Shown piece by piece: positions 48,301 through 61,900 of a stretch of 64,000 bases of DNA. The notes under the pieces were generated by a model that saw only the letters and a list, made by a program, of their open reading frames with translations, made no database searches and was not told where the DNA came from. The position numbers and the translations under genes were made by a program. The stretch comes from Mantamonas sphyraenae STR306 (lineage: Eukaryota; Protista; CRuMs). Position 1 is the stretch's first letter, and every line of letters starts with the position of its first letter. Where the stretch lies: assembly GCA_026936335.1 (NCBI GenBank), contig JAPMXV010000043.1:310001-374000 (forward strand), read 5' to 3'.

Positions 48301-50227
48301 GACGGCTCAATTGCACGGGCACAAGCACGGCACCGGCCAGGATGAAGAGGATGACACCGGCACGTCCCCAGTCGGTGCGTGGCGAGAGGTCGCCGTAGCC
48401 CACCGTGGTGAGTGTGACCACCACAAAGTAGAGCGACAGGTGGTACTGCTGGTACTCCAGGTAGCAGTCGTCCGGCGAGCTGTAGATGATTTCACAGGGA
48501 AACTCCAGAGCCAGAAACACACCGGAGGAAACGGCCATGAGGCACACAATGGTCACCGCAAGAGTCACCAGCTGCTTGCGCACCACACTCACCAGATTCA
48601 CCATGAGGGTGCTGTACAGCAAACGCATGGCTCGCATGATGCGCAGAAATCGGAAGGGATACAACAGCAGGATGGGGTTGTACGAGCCCAGAATCACCTG
48701 GTTGTTGCTGGCGTAGATGAGAGGCAGAATCGACGCAAGGTCAGCCAGCGCATACGGCGACAGCAGGAAGGAGAGCCTGTGTTTGGCCGCATACAACCGT
48801 GCCAAATAGTCCATGAGGAAGGAGAGAAAGACGTAAAACTCGGTCATGGACTCCAGCTGCGCACCATCCACAAACGTGTACTGGCGCGTCTGGGCGTTGA
48901 AGCGCACCAGATACGTCAGGGTGACATAGTTGATGCATCCCACAAGGGACACCACCATCATGTACAGCTCCACAGTGAACCCAATCTCCGTGTTGGGTGA
49001 CAGCACGCGCTCCAGCTTCTCGCGCACAGTGCCACTGCGGCCCAGATTCTCCAGCAGCGCACGTTCCTGCTGCACACTCTGGTTGTCGATGGTACGTTGC
49101 AACCGTCGCAACCTGCGCTTGACCCGTCGTGCCTTGCGTGTGTCCGGTGTGATTTCATCTGCTGGCAGCGCCCCCGTGGGACCCTTGCGCGGCCGCAGCG
49201 TCTTGGCCGCCACCGCCTCGCCCTCATCGTCCACCTCCACCTCAATCTCTGTGCTGCTCGTCAACTGGCCAAACGAATTGATCGATCGCAACTTGGAACG
49301 CATGCGTCTCAGCGTCTCCTCTCGCTTCAGCCGAGCATGGGCTCCAGGCTCCTCTTCCTGCTCGCGCATGTCTTTGTACTGCTCCAGCGCCTTCTCCACC
49401 GCCTCGTGGTCCAACTGCGAGCTGTTGGGTTGCAACGAAGGGGGCGTGGTTGCAACTCCGCCTGTGCCTGCTGCTGCTGCTGCTGCGCTTGTCCCTCCAC
49501 CCTCCTCGTCGCCGTTGTCCGTTGACACCGCCGGGGTCACTCGCGGAGTACCTGGCTCTGCACCGGGGTTGCTGCCATCCAGACTGAATGGGGTGGTGCT
49601 GTTGGTGCTACTGGCGTACTGAAGACCCGTGCGTGGCGTGTTGAAGGCTGTGTTGAGCGCACTCTTGGCAGAGAACGGGTTGAGGGTTTGCAAGAGTTGG
49701 CGCGTGGAATCAATGTCCTCGTAGACACTCCGGCGCCAATAATGAAAGACAGCGAGCACCAGATTGGTGGCTGTCACTGGCACAAGCACCGCCAAAAGCA
49801 GTGCATACAACATGAGCAGTGGTTGTGTGCTCACGAGCACCGCAAAGGGAATGAGCACCGCCAGAAAGACCAGAATCGCAAGGAAGTTTCCGATCCACTT
49901 TGCCCATTCCGAACTTCGCTTCCGCAGCTTGCTCAGCAGTCTTGACTCTTGTCCATGTGGCCCTGCATCCTTTTCGTCCCTGTCCTGGCTTCCCTTGCGC
50001 AACTTGCGTGCCCTTTCCTGGTCGTCCATCGTCTCAATCAGCGAGCTGAGTTTGGCCTTTTGCACCGGATCGCTGAAGTCCGCAGCCGCCGTCCTTCGCA
50101 CGCCGTCCCGGCTGTTTGCACTGGACATTTCCAGCAACCGCACCTGCTGCTTTCTTGTCTCGTGGTTCGACGTCTTTTTCTCCAGCCTAATGGACGCTCC
50201 CCTGTCCCTGCGCGTCGGTTCCGTCAT
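45314..50227 (-). CDS. Ca2+-activated K+ channel, BK/Slo family
   Basis: S1-S6 with TLTTVGYGD, followed by two RCK domains (EHVLIVG, YLRGSPL..DL.RA, GHVVVSG, YAGGHIV); probable indels at ~47213 and ~45590. Confidence 0.9.
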
Positions 50228-50362
50228 GGTGGGAGGGATGAAGACGGTTTTGGGTTGGATTGGTTGGCAAATACGGATTCATCGCATCATTCACATTGTC
50301 ACCCAACACCACAACACTTCCAACTCAGTGCAATCCCATTCATTGTTCTCATCATCACCCAA

Positions 50363-50793
50363 TCAGCCCGTGGTGCCCTTGCGTGAGCGTCGCTTCTTGG
50401 CCCCGCGCGACGTGCCACCACCACTGCCAGACGAGGATGAACCAGAGCCTGAGCCTGAGCCAGCGTTGCCGCCACTGGCAGTGGCATCCAACACTTCGTC
50501 GTCCGAGACAATGTCGCCGACATAACCGCGGAGGGTGACACGCACACGAGACGGAGGACCCGAACTCACCGCGGGAGTGCCTCCCTTGAGCAACACAGTG
50601 GTCTCTGCTTGCTTCCACTGGCCCACCATGTTGCCCATCTCCTTGCTACTTGCTTCTGACTTGGGTGCAAACCGGAACTGCACCTGCGCACGGCCACCAC
50701 TCTCCACGGTGCCCTTGGCATTCAACACACTGAAGCCCGCCTTGGTGGCCTCTGCACTCAACGCCTCCACTGTAAACTCTCCTCCTGCTCCAC

Positions 50794-50827
<34 letters not shown>

Positions 50828-52227
50828 GAGGTGTCACCGGTACCACCACCACCACCACCATCGGGTTCCGCTGCCAGGCATCCGACATCAAAGGTGCGGA
50901 TGGCCCCTCCCGACTGCCCTCTGTACTCAAATGTCAGCAAGACTTGGCGCTCTTCCACCTCGTCTGCTGTCTCCATGTTCAGTGGGTCTTCCATACGTTC
51001 CAGGTCGTTGTCCCCTCCCAGTGCATACATCCCATGCCACCATGCCCTTCCCGTGAGTTCCACTCTATGGTTGCTTGTGTTTTCCTTCTCCTGCGAGATC
51101 TCAATGTCCACTCTGTCGTGAAAGTGTTCGCTGGCATGATCCGGCGCAAACGTCACACGCACCTCCTGCGCCTCCCCAGGGGCAATTACAGCCTCCATTG
51201 GACTGCAATCAAACGCATGCATCCGATTGTAGTTCTGAGCTCCGTCACGTGCCATGTGGATTTTGTAGTGCACGTCAAAGATCGACGTGCTGCGAATCCA
51301 CAGGCTTCGTGTCACCGATTGCCCTGCCAACAGGTCGCCCATGTCCATGCGTCCATCGCCTGGCTCCACAGTCACCGTGGGACGCACTCCCACCCCGTGC
51401 AACTGCAAAGCCACGTTGTTCTCCCCACTGTGCAGCACAAGGGTCTCAAAGAACGTCGCTTCCATGCTGGGATGAAACGACAGCACCACGTCGCTGGTCC
51501 CACCTGCTACCACGGGCGACGGCGCATTCAACACCGCAAACGCCCCGTGTGGGCTCAACGGGTCCATGCGCAGCGGCAGATCTCGCGTGCTGTTGTTCTG
51601 GATGCTCACCACCTTGATCACGTGCTTCTCAATCGGCAGTGCACCAAAGTCCACCACATGCGACCCACCCTGGCTTACCACCATCAACGTCGGCTTTACC
51701 ACCGTCGTACGCACGCCCAGGTGAATCAGATGCTTTCCCGCTCCGCCTTCCTCCTGTACATGGCATGGCAGAGTGTACGTGACATGCCTCGACCATTCTG
51801 TCTCCACACGCATGGCCAATTCATCCTCCTCAGCTCTCTCCTCTTCCTCTTCCTCTTCTTGCTCTTGCGCAGCTGCAGTGGTTGTGCCGTCCCTTTCGTG
51901 CTCCTCCTGCTCCTGCACCGTTTCCAGGGCTGCCCCGTGGTGATTGTTGTTGCTGCTGCTTCGTCTCTTCCTCTTGCCCCCCGATTGCGATTCCACCACG
52001 TTGACCATGGCTGCGGGATTGTTGCTCAGTTCCTGTGTGCGTTGCGCAAGAAATGCCATCCACTCCTGCTCCTTCTGTGCGGCTGCTGCTGCTGCTGCTT
52101 CTTCCTCACCCAATCCACTCTCCTTGTCCTTGTCCTTGTCTTTGTCCCGTCCCTTGCTGCTCTTCTCTTTCCGCTTGCGCGAGCTCTTGCTGCCTCGCGT
52201 CGTCTTGCTTCCACTCTTGCTGCTTCC

Positions 52228-52261
<34 letters not shown>

Positions 52262-55200
52262 CTGCTTCCTTGTCCTCCATCCTCTCCACCCGTGGCTTCG
52301 TCCCCGTCTTTGACCTTGCCCGTGTACCACGCCTCAAACTCGGACCGCAGCTGGGCGGTGCTGGGCAGCGCCACGGGCCGAAAGTCGATCTGGATGGGTG
52401 TCTGCCCACCGGGAGGCAACGAACCCACCAGAGGAGACACCGTCAGCTGTGTGTCCTCCGGACGCACAAACTCAAACAGCTGTGTGGTGGAGCCTGTGTT
52501 GCGCAACCACACACGCTCCACGTGGCGTTCACCCAGACCCGTGGCACGCATGCGCACCTCGGGGGCGTCAAATTGCAGCGGAGCACGCACGCCCTGGCCC
52601 ACACAGCGCAGGGGATAGGTGCGGTTGAGCCCTGTCCTGAGTTGCAGCACGTGCGAGTGATCCGTGGCTGCGCTGGGACTAAACACCACATCCATGCTCA
52701 CCGTCTCCCCCGGCAGCAGTGTGCCAAACCCATCGTTGGGTTGCACCGTAAACTCGCTGCTGGCGTTGACAAAGCCGTACTTTTGGGCCAGGCGCGAGCG
52801 GTTGTGCACCTGCACCGTCACCGCCTTGCTTTCGCTGACGTTGCACTCGCCAAACTCGATGCGTGCCGGTGTGATGACCACATCGGCCAGGGTGAGCTGT
52901 GCGCGCAGGTTAAAGTGCACGGGTAGCACCTGGTCGGGCACCAGCACACGGATGGGCACATCGATGATTCCCGTCTCGGCGTCGCCCCACCCGGCAGCCA
53001 CACACCGTGCCAGCAACTTGGCGTTGGGACGGAACTTCATCTGCATGCTGAACGACTCGTGTGCCTGCACATAGCCCGTGCGTGGCACCAGTTCCAGGCA
53101 AGCGCGCAGCTGCGCAGGCACATCCACGCTGCACTTCAGCGTCACCTTGCCCCGGTTGTGCAACACAAGCACGTCCCGGTACAGGCAGTCCACGTAGCAC
53201 ACGCGGTAGTCAATCACAGGCCGCTCCACGTAGATGGGCACGTCTGTGCCATGGCCACTGATCAGCAGTTCCACATCCTCCACATCCGGGTTGTCGAACC
53301 GCAACACCACCGGCAATCCCACAAAGCCCACGTCCAGCGGCTTCATCGTCACTTCCACCGTCGTCTCTGCGTACGGTTTCGCACAGCCTGTGCGCTTGAA
53401 GCGGATCACCTGGTGGGCGTTCATCACCGTGTCTGCTTCAGAGGCCGTGAACAAACTGTCTGCGTCGATGTCCTCGTCCTCCTCAACATCGTCATCATCG
53501 TCATCATCATCATCACCATCAGCCTCGTCCTCATTCTCGTCCTCACCCGCACCGCCCATGGCACTGCTGCTGCCACTCACGGTGCTTCCCCCTGGACTGC
53601 CACCGCCTGCGTGCTTGTGTGCATCCACCACAATGCTCCTCTCCACACGTGCCGCTGCCGACAAGCCCCCACCAAGACCACGACCTGGCCCGTCGTACTC
53701 ACCCTCCTCGTCCGAGTCCGGCTCCGACAGGTCGTCGTCGTCGCCCTCGTCCTCGACATACTCCACAATCTCAAAGTCGCACGGCAGGGCACCGTCGTTG
53801 CGGATGCGCAGGGTCAACGTGCCCTGCTCGCCCAACACCACGTTGCCAAAGTCCAGGTGGTCGTCCGGTGTCACGCTGATGATGGCCTTTTTGGTCAGAC
53901 ACCGGATGGGAATGTCAATCGGACCCGTTTGCGACAGCAGTGGCAACACGTCCACAATGTCCTCGTTCACCTTGGGCGTGAACGTGATGTGCACGGGACA
54001 CGTCAGACCCGCACTCATCCGCCCGGGAGGCTTGTACCGGATGTCGAAAAAGTCTTTGTGCTTGGGACCCATGTCCAGGATCTTGAAGTGGTTGAACGTA
54101 AACGACACGTTGGTCAGCGTGATGGTGCTGCGGTACGTGCTGCCCACGTCAAAGTCCTTAAACTCAATCACCGCCGGCGACGAAATGAAGGCCGGCCCTT
54201 GGAACTCCTTGCCCAGCACGACCTGTTTGCCCGTCAAGTTCTCCCTCTGCTTTGTCAGCCCACGTGCCAGCATCTTGCGCTGGTACACACTCATGCTTGT
54301 CTCGTAGTAATCCTCTCGCGACGCCTGCTTCAGCTTCTTCTGTTCTTGTTCCTGCCACAGGCCGTCAAACTCCGGTGCCACCAGCTCATGTTGTGTCTGT
54401 CTCGCCGCCTCCTCCTCTGCGTCGCTGCCACTGTCGATGTCCTCCTCCTCCTCATCCTCCTCCCCTCCCGACTGTCCACGACGACCACGTCGCCTGTGAT
54501 CCTCATCCGTGTCGTCATCCAGGGCATGTGGTGACCCAAAGCCGCTGTTCCTGCGTCGTGTGGTGCTGCGCATCTGTGCGCGGATCTCTCGCACCCTATC
54601 CACGTCCTGGGCCAACACGGGCGCCATTTGCCTCTCCACCAGCTCCCTGGCTGCAGCCAGCTTGTCAGCCTTGCCCAGGAACTCACTGGGATGGAGGTTC
54701 TGCACGTGGCCAGTGACGTCCAGGATGCCCTTGTCGCCCGCCTTTGTCTTCATGTAGCGCGCCACACGCTCCTCGCGTGCCCCCGTGGTCAGCGCCTTTT
54801 GGTAGCTGGCCAACTGCTGTTTGCGTGCCACCACGGTCTTCTGTTTGGCGTACCACTCCTGCTCCTCCTGCATCACCTTGGCTGCAATCTGCACCTCCCT
54901 CTCCCGTCGGTTGTCCTGCACCCCGCGCACCTTTTCCACAATCTTCTTCTGTTGCGCACGGCGACGAAACACCTCGTAAGGATTGCCTCCTGCGGCCAGG
55001 ATGGCCTCCTTCTCCGCCTCGTAGCGTGCCTTGCGATCCGCCACCCGTTTCGCCTTCTTTTCGTTCTCCGCACGGATGTCCGCGTGTGCCTTTTCGATGT
55101 TTCGTTGCAAACTCACAATGGCTGCTTTGTGCCGTTCCTCCTTCTCCACCGCCAGCTGTTCAATCAGTTCCATGTCCGCTCGCTTGGCCTCTTCCAGCAC

Positions 55201-56254
55201 ACGTGCTCGCTCGTGTGCCACCACACGGTACTCCTTTGCCCTCTCCATGGCCTCCCTTGCCTCTCGTTCCCTCCTGTGCGTCTCCTCCTGCGTTTCCCTG
55301 TGACTTGCCTCCAGCTTCGCCCTCCGTCGTCGTCGTGTGCGCTCCTCCTGCGCCCCGACATGCTTGGCCAGCACCTGCTGCTCGTACTTGTCCAACGCCT
55401 CCATGCGTTCCAACTCCACCTGGAAGTCCTGGATCTTCATAAACTCCAGCTCCATCAGTGCCAGTTGCTTCTCCGCCAATTGCAGGTACTTGTTCTCCTT
55501 GGCAATCGCTGCCTTTTGCGCATCACGCTGTTCCTCCGCCTGTGACAACACACACACACACACACACACACACATGCACATGCACACATACACACGCAGG
55601 GGTTCAACCCGCCATGGACATCTTGTGTGAGTACGAACAAACATGGATAGTCGAAAGGGAGCGGGAAGGCTAGGGGAGTGGGGCTCGGAGCGCGAAACGT
55701 ACCGCTGTAAACTGCTTGCCCAGGGCCTTGAGCTTGGCTTGGGCACTGACGTCGTCTTGGTTGGCCTGGAGGGCACTCATTTGACGTGCCAGGGCCTTGC
55801 TCTCCTGTCCCATGTTCTTGAGGGTGGCCTTGGCAATGGCCAGCCGTTCGCGACTCTCATCCACTTGGCGAGCGCGCTGGCGAACCTCGGCGGCACACTT
55901 TTCGATGTACTCCTTAGCAGCCACGCGTTCCTTGCGGGCCTCACGTGCGTCACGGCTGCGGAAGGAAGAAACCACCCCGTTGGCATCGGCATACTTGGCA
56001 ATGACCTCCTCCTCGGGCGGGAACTCGGGCGCTTGCGAGACAACCGTTGAGGCGTAGGAGACGTCCGACGCAGACTCCCAATCCGAGCCATCTTCGTCGT
56101 CCGATGACCCCTCCAATGCGTCAATCTCCTGCTGTTCGTCAAAGTCGTACATGTCTGCATCCTCATCCGCCAATCCACTGTACAGCGGGTCCTGCCGCCG
56201 CATCTGTTCTCGCTTCTCCATCCACTCGGCCAACAACGCCTCGTTGTCCCTGTG

Positions 56255-56292
<38 letters not shown>

Positions 56293-56454
56293 ATGGTTGC
56301 TTCGGGTTAGTACACACCGGCAAAGAGAGAGTACACGTGGATGAGTGTGTGTGTGTGTTCACCCTTGTAGAGGGACACCCGAGAGAGAGAGCGAGAGGCA
56401 AACGGGGGGTGGGCAAACGTACGAATCATCCGAGTGGACAGAACGAGCACTCAT
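50363..56454 (-). CDS. CFAP74: Cilia- and flagella-associated protein 74
   Basis: N-terminal coiled coil with GGNPYEVFRR, then FISSPAVIEFKDFDVG..LTNVSFTFN..PPGRMSAG and multiple ASH/Ig-like domains; introns 56250-56422 and ~55541-55702; indel ~50793. Confidence 0.85.
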
Positions 56455-56558
56455 GCTACGCATCAGTGTCGTCGCTTGTGTGTGTTGTCCATTCTCTGTC
56501 ACAGCTGCTGTGTTGTGTGTCTGCGTGTGTCTGTGTTGCATCTCCAGCGTCCAGGGCT

Positions 56559-56572
56559 GTTGCCTCGGCAGC
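56559..56572. promoter_or_regulatory. X-box (RFX)-like near-palindrome in the CFAP74/RSPH14 divergent spacer
   Basis: GTTGCCTCGGCAGC versus consensus GTNRCC-N0-3-RGYAAC (1 mismatch). Confidence 0.3.
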
Positions 56573-56582
56573 ATCGTCGTCG

Positions 56583-58038
56583 ATGGAGCCTGTGCTTCGT
56601 GGCGACGAAGGACGCACCCTGCGCGAGCGCAGAGAGGCTTCAAACTCACTGCGCCGCGTGGACGGTTGCACGGGAGCCTGGACTGTGTCTGACCCTGTGG
56701 AGCTGCTCATGGGGACTGTGCGGTGCAGCGGGCAACCCGAAAACGGAGCGTGGTTGATTTGCCCCATGAGCCGCGTCGATTCGGATCTCCTGAAGAACAG
56801 GGTCCCTTTCATGGGCCCAGAGGTCATGAAGGGACATCTCGATGCCGATGAGATTGGCAATGCATTTGGTGAGTGGGGTTTTGGAGCCAGGGAAGAAGGC
56901 ACAACGGGACCAAGGCGACCGTTGCATCCCGTTTCTTCACAATAGCCACACACACACACACACACACACTCGACATGCACTCCTCCCTCATTGCCCCCCT
57001 CCTTCCCTCCCCTCCCTCCCTCCCTCACACACACACACACACACACACACAGGTCATGACGCCATCGAACAGATTGCAGACAAGCTGACGAGCCAGGATG
57101 TGTGGGAGGACAAAAAGACGGAGCTGCTACAGGCGTTGTTGGACAGTGTGGCGTTGGAAAGCACAGTGGTGCGTGTGGTGCAACACGAAAGCCTGCTCCT
57201 GTCGCTCAATGGCTTTGTGGGATCCAAGCTGGCGGAGCAGCGGTCGTTGTTGGCTCAGGTGCTGGGGGCGGTGGCCAGTCTGCCGCAAGGGAAGGAGGCC
57301 ATGGTGGCCTGTGGCTCACTGTACACCCTTCACAAGCTGCTTGGCGATGGTAGCGAACGAGTGCGTGTACAGGCGGGCGAGGCGGTGCGTGTGTTTGTGG
57401 ACACGGCAGCAGGGTGTGCGGCGTTGGAGGCCGACGAGGACTTTCGCCTGCGTACCCTTGTGGATGCCCTTTACGACGAGAATGACGCGCTGGCCTACGC
57501 CATGCTTCGTACAGTGGGCCATTTGACACGAAAGGACAGTGTGGTGGAAGCCATGCTGAATCTGGATCTGGTGGACGCCGTGATGCAGTTTATGACGCCT
57601 GCAGGCAAGGACGAAGCCCATCTGACTCCATACACTCGCCTGGCTGCCAGCCAGTGTCTTTTGAATCTGGCTGTGCATCCCGATGGCAAGGAAGCCATGG
57701 TGGCAGCCGATGTGCTTGCGGTTCTCAGCACCCAGCTCTTCCATCCCCTGTCGTCGCTGGCTGAAACCCTGCATTCCAGTCACACTCAGGTGCGCCAGAA
57801 TCTCGCCGGTATCTTTATGCTTGTGGCCACTTGCTTGTCGGGCAAGAAGGCCATCCTCGCCAACGGCATTGAGGGTCTCCTCTCCTGTGTCCTCGACGAA
57901 CAGCAGGACATTTCCAGCAACGCAATCACTGCTCTGAAACTCACCATGGAACTTCCGGCCGCCAAGCAGGCTCTACTCGTCCAGCTCAAGGAGCAGTCCA
58001 TGGAGGAGGCCGTCAAACCTCTGCTTGGCCTTCGGTGA
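56583..58038 (+). CDS. RSPH14: Radial spoke head protein 14 (ARM repeat)
   Basis: AFG|HDAIEQIADKL, ARM repeats with LAVHPDGKE and MLVATCLSGKKA; intron ~56869-57052. Start uncertain. Confidence 0.7.
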
Positions 58039-58097
58039 TTCTATTGTACACCACAGCGAAATGAAAACGCAACGTCACACACTGTGTCACAATTGGA

Positions 58098-58760
58098 TCA
58101 TGAATTGGACGATGATGCGCGTGCACAGACGTCCATCAGACTGTGGTTGATGGTGTTCAGGCCACACTGGGCCAGTGCAAACGACAGCCACGTCAACAGC
58201 CACTGCGAGTCTTGCTTGTCACCCACCACGTCTTGCATGAGCTCCAGAGTATGGCACGGGTGAAGTGCATAGCACAAAACCTGTGTCATGCTCGGATGTT
58301 CCTGCTGTGTCATGAATGGCGTCCCCGACGAATCGTGTGCGTTCTCACCGCCCACAGCAGGCATCAGCTCACCCAGCTCGTCAAGAGACAACGTTGATCC
58401 TGTAAGCGTCCATGTAGGCATGATAAGAAGGGTGGGCACTGCATATGTGTCCGAGTACACCACAAAGAGCTGTGTGTCTATGGTGCTGCCACTCGCCTCT
58501 GCTTCCAATCGCCCTGCGTCGTCGTACTCGTTCAACCAGTCCTCATCCACGTCGTCCTGCTCATCCTTACTACCTTTGTCGTCGCCTCCTTCCACGTTGA
58601 CCTCCTTGCTGGTCCACCGCAGCGTCACGTGCGTGGAAAGGTACACCTGCACGCTCCCATCCCACTCGTCCACCCGCTCCACACACGTCCACGCCTGCTC
58701 CGTTCCCTGCGTGGCCTTGGCTACCACGCGACATTGCTCTGCAAAAGCATCTGAGTCCAT
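58098..58760 (-). CDS. ATG10: Autophagy E2-like enzyme Atg10
   Basis: VVYSDTYAVPTL, TQQEHP, LHPCHT (catalytic Cys), WLLTWLS. Confidence 0.9.
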   Translation of the reverse strand: MDSDAFAEQCRVVAKATQGTEQAWTCVERVDEWDGSVQVYLSTHVTLRWTSKEVNVEGGDDKGSKDEQDDVDEDWLNEYDDAGRLEAEASGSTIDTQLFVVYSDTYAVPTLLIMPTWTLTGSTLSLDELGELMPAVGGENAHDSSGTPFMTQQEHPSMTQVLCYALHPCHTLELMQDVVGDKQDSQWLLTWLSFALAQCGLNTINHSLMDVCARASSSNS

Positions 58761-58939
58761 GTGCCAACGTTTGTGGATCGGAATGGATGGCGAAAGCAGC
58801 GCGCAACGTTTTTGTTCTTCTCTTTTGCAGTGTGCATGTGTTGTGTGGTTGTGTGTGCATGTGTTGTGTGGTTGTGTGTGCATGTGTGTGTGTGTGTGTC
58901 TCTCTCCTTGTGCGCGTTTTCTCACCCCTGTCCCTCCAT

Positions 58940-61900
58940 CTACTCTGGGATGGGAAAGTTGGGGCCATACGGCCTACCCGAGGTGTTCTCCTTCTCCTCA
59001 TCCTCCCAGACATCGTAGCGCGGGTCGTAATTGGCAATCTGCTTGGAGGCACGCACAAGCTGGTAGGCCACGCCGAACATGGTGCGGTTGAAGAGGAAAA
59101 AGGGCACCAATTCCTGAAGGACCTCCGGACGGAACTGAGCCTGCATGGTTTGCAGTTTGTCCACGAGAGCAGGCAGGTCCGTCATGCGTACGCTCTTGGA
59201 TTCCCTCAGCGAGCGCTGTTCGCTCTTTTCTTCGTCCCACACCTCTGCAAACGCGCTGCCAATCACAGTGATCGGGAACGCCAGGATGAGGATGCCACTC
59301 AACATACACACAACCGCCACAGCCTTTCCCCATGGGCTCAATGGCGTGTTGTCACCGTAACCCACGGTGGTCATGGTGACGAGAGCCCACCAGAACGAGT
59401 CTGGGATGCTCTGGAACGGCGTGACGGTGCCGTCCTGGTAGATGTACAGCGACGTGTCCTTCTCCAATGTGGTGATGCTGCCCTCGGCGTAGTACATGGC
59501 CGACGCAAACACAACAATGGCAATGCCCAGCAGAAAGACAAGCAGCTTCAGGGCGTCTGTGCTCTTCTTCATGGCACGCCCCACAAGCACAAAGCCGCGT
59601 GCGTACTTGCTCACCTTGAAGATGCGGAACACTCGCGCCAGGCGGATCACACGGATGACGGCAAAGCCACCGCCCAGGGCCGAGTCTGTCACACTCAGTT
59701 CGATGTAGTACGGCAGGATGGCAAACAGATCAATCAGGTTCAAGGGCTGAGGAACAAATTCCAGCACGTTGGGGCAGGTGAACAGGCGCACCAGGTATTC
59801 GATGGTAAAGTTGGCCACAGCAATGGTCTCCAGCACAAACCAGATCGGGTTGGAGCTCATGTGGTTTTGCGGCAGCGTTTCCACGCAAAAAGTGATGGTA
59901 CTGACAAAAATGAGCACCATGATCCACACAGTGATGGCCATGGCCCCCTTGCTGCTGTGCGGGTCGTCAAACAGCTGGAACAGGCGGTAGCGACGGATTT
60001 CGTGTTCGCTCAGTTCCGGACGGTACGGTTGCGGAAACAGCTTCTCACACAGCTCCCGCTTCCAGATGATGTCAAAGTGCTCCTCTCCGTTGTTGGCTGC
60101 CTCTTGGATGACACTCTGGAACATGGGCGTGAGTACCTGCATGTCCTTGAAAGCCTGCTCGGTGCTCTCCAGGAATTCGAGGATCTCATCCGTGCGGTTG
60201 TCCGCATCCACCTTGTAGTTCATCAACCTGCCCAGACGTGATTCCATCACTTCGTGTTCCAGCTCCTTGCGCCTCTCCTCGTCCAACACCTCCGCCCCAA
60301 TGGTCTTTTCAAACTCGAGCAGCTTCTTTTCGCGCAGCAGCTGCTTCTGCTTCTCCGCCTGCTTGCTCTCGGTCCACGTCTCGTCAAAGTTTGTGCCGAT
60401 GATGGTGATTGGAAAGGCAATGATGATGACACCGGCCAGCATGGTGATGGAGGCCACCAGCTTGCCCACGGGGGTGATGGGCACGTTGCCGGCGTCACCA
60501 TAACCCACGGTCGTCAGCGTGACAATACACCAATAGAACGAGTCCGGTATACTTTGGTAGCCCGAGCGTACGCCGGCCCCAAACGGCTCCACGTACACCC
60601 AGCCGCCGTACACGCCTTCGTTGGGATCCCACACGGAGCCGCTCTGCTCGGCAAAGTACATGCCCGAGGCAAACACAATCATGGCAATGCCCACCAGAAA
60701 GACCATGAGGTACAGCGCGTCTGTGCTTTTCTTCATGGCCTTTCCCACAAGCATAAACCCTGTGCTGTACTTGCTAAACTTGAAGATGCGAAAGACGCGA
60801 GCCAGGCGGATGACACGAATCACCGCCAAGCCACTCACGCCTGCGCTACTGCCGATGCTGGCTGCATCAATGATCAGTTCAATGTAGTACGGCAAGATGG
60901 CAAGCAGATCCACCAGATTGAGGGGTCCTGTGGGATGTGTGTACGCGATGGTGTGTGGCAACGCGAGAGGGGAATGCGAGCCAAGTCAGGAAAAGTGTGA
61001 GTGGCCGCTCGCAACGAGGCACATGGCACCTTCCTCTGTCGTCCTGCAAGGGGGGAAATTGGATCGCACGTGCCTGTCCATAGTGGACAAGTGGGGATGC
61101 ATAGGGGTACGGGGGCAGGCCCAGGCCCAGGCAGCGGCGCATCTAGTGCGCGGGAAAAGCCGGGCAACGGCAACCCTTGTCTTTGTGGCAGAAATGGGGA
61201 GGTGAATCACACAATGTGCGACGCAGGTGCGATGTACAGACGAGGGAGGCTGGGGTGACAATGAAGATGGAAGACACATACCGACGACAAATGCCAGAGT
61301 GTCCGCGGCGGTGAGGAGGCGGACCAGATACTCGACGGTGAAATGGGCGACGGCGACAGTTTCGAGCGTTGCAAAGACGTCGTCCTCGGTGCGGTTGGTG
61401 CGTGTGCTGGGCAGTGACTCCATGCAAAAGGTCACTGTGGACATGAGAATGAGCAGCATGATCCAACCTGCAATGAACATGGCCTGTGTGCGCAGAGGTG
61501 AGTTTGCGTGTAAGCAACGGGACGAGTTTGGTTTCCAGGATTGACCTGAGTTTGGCCTCCTGTGTTTTCGCCTCGCCGGGCCGCAGAAGGGACGCATGAA
61601 ACAGCCTGCGCCGACAGTCACTCGACTGGCAAGTGTGGCACGTGTGGTTTCACTCACCGTGACGGAGCTCTGTGGCTCGTCGAACAGCGTGAAAATGCGC
61701 TTCTTCCACTTCTGCACGGTGGTCAGCTGCGGTGCCTTGGGCATCATTCCCAGTTCATCCTCGTCGTCCGACACCTCTGATGAGATGGAGCTGCGTCGTC
61801 CGGCCACTGTGTAGGTGGTGACCTCGATGGCATCCTTAAAGTAGTTTTCCTTCTCGCTGGCGACTGCGGTGCCATACTCGATCTCCACACCGGCCAGGTT

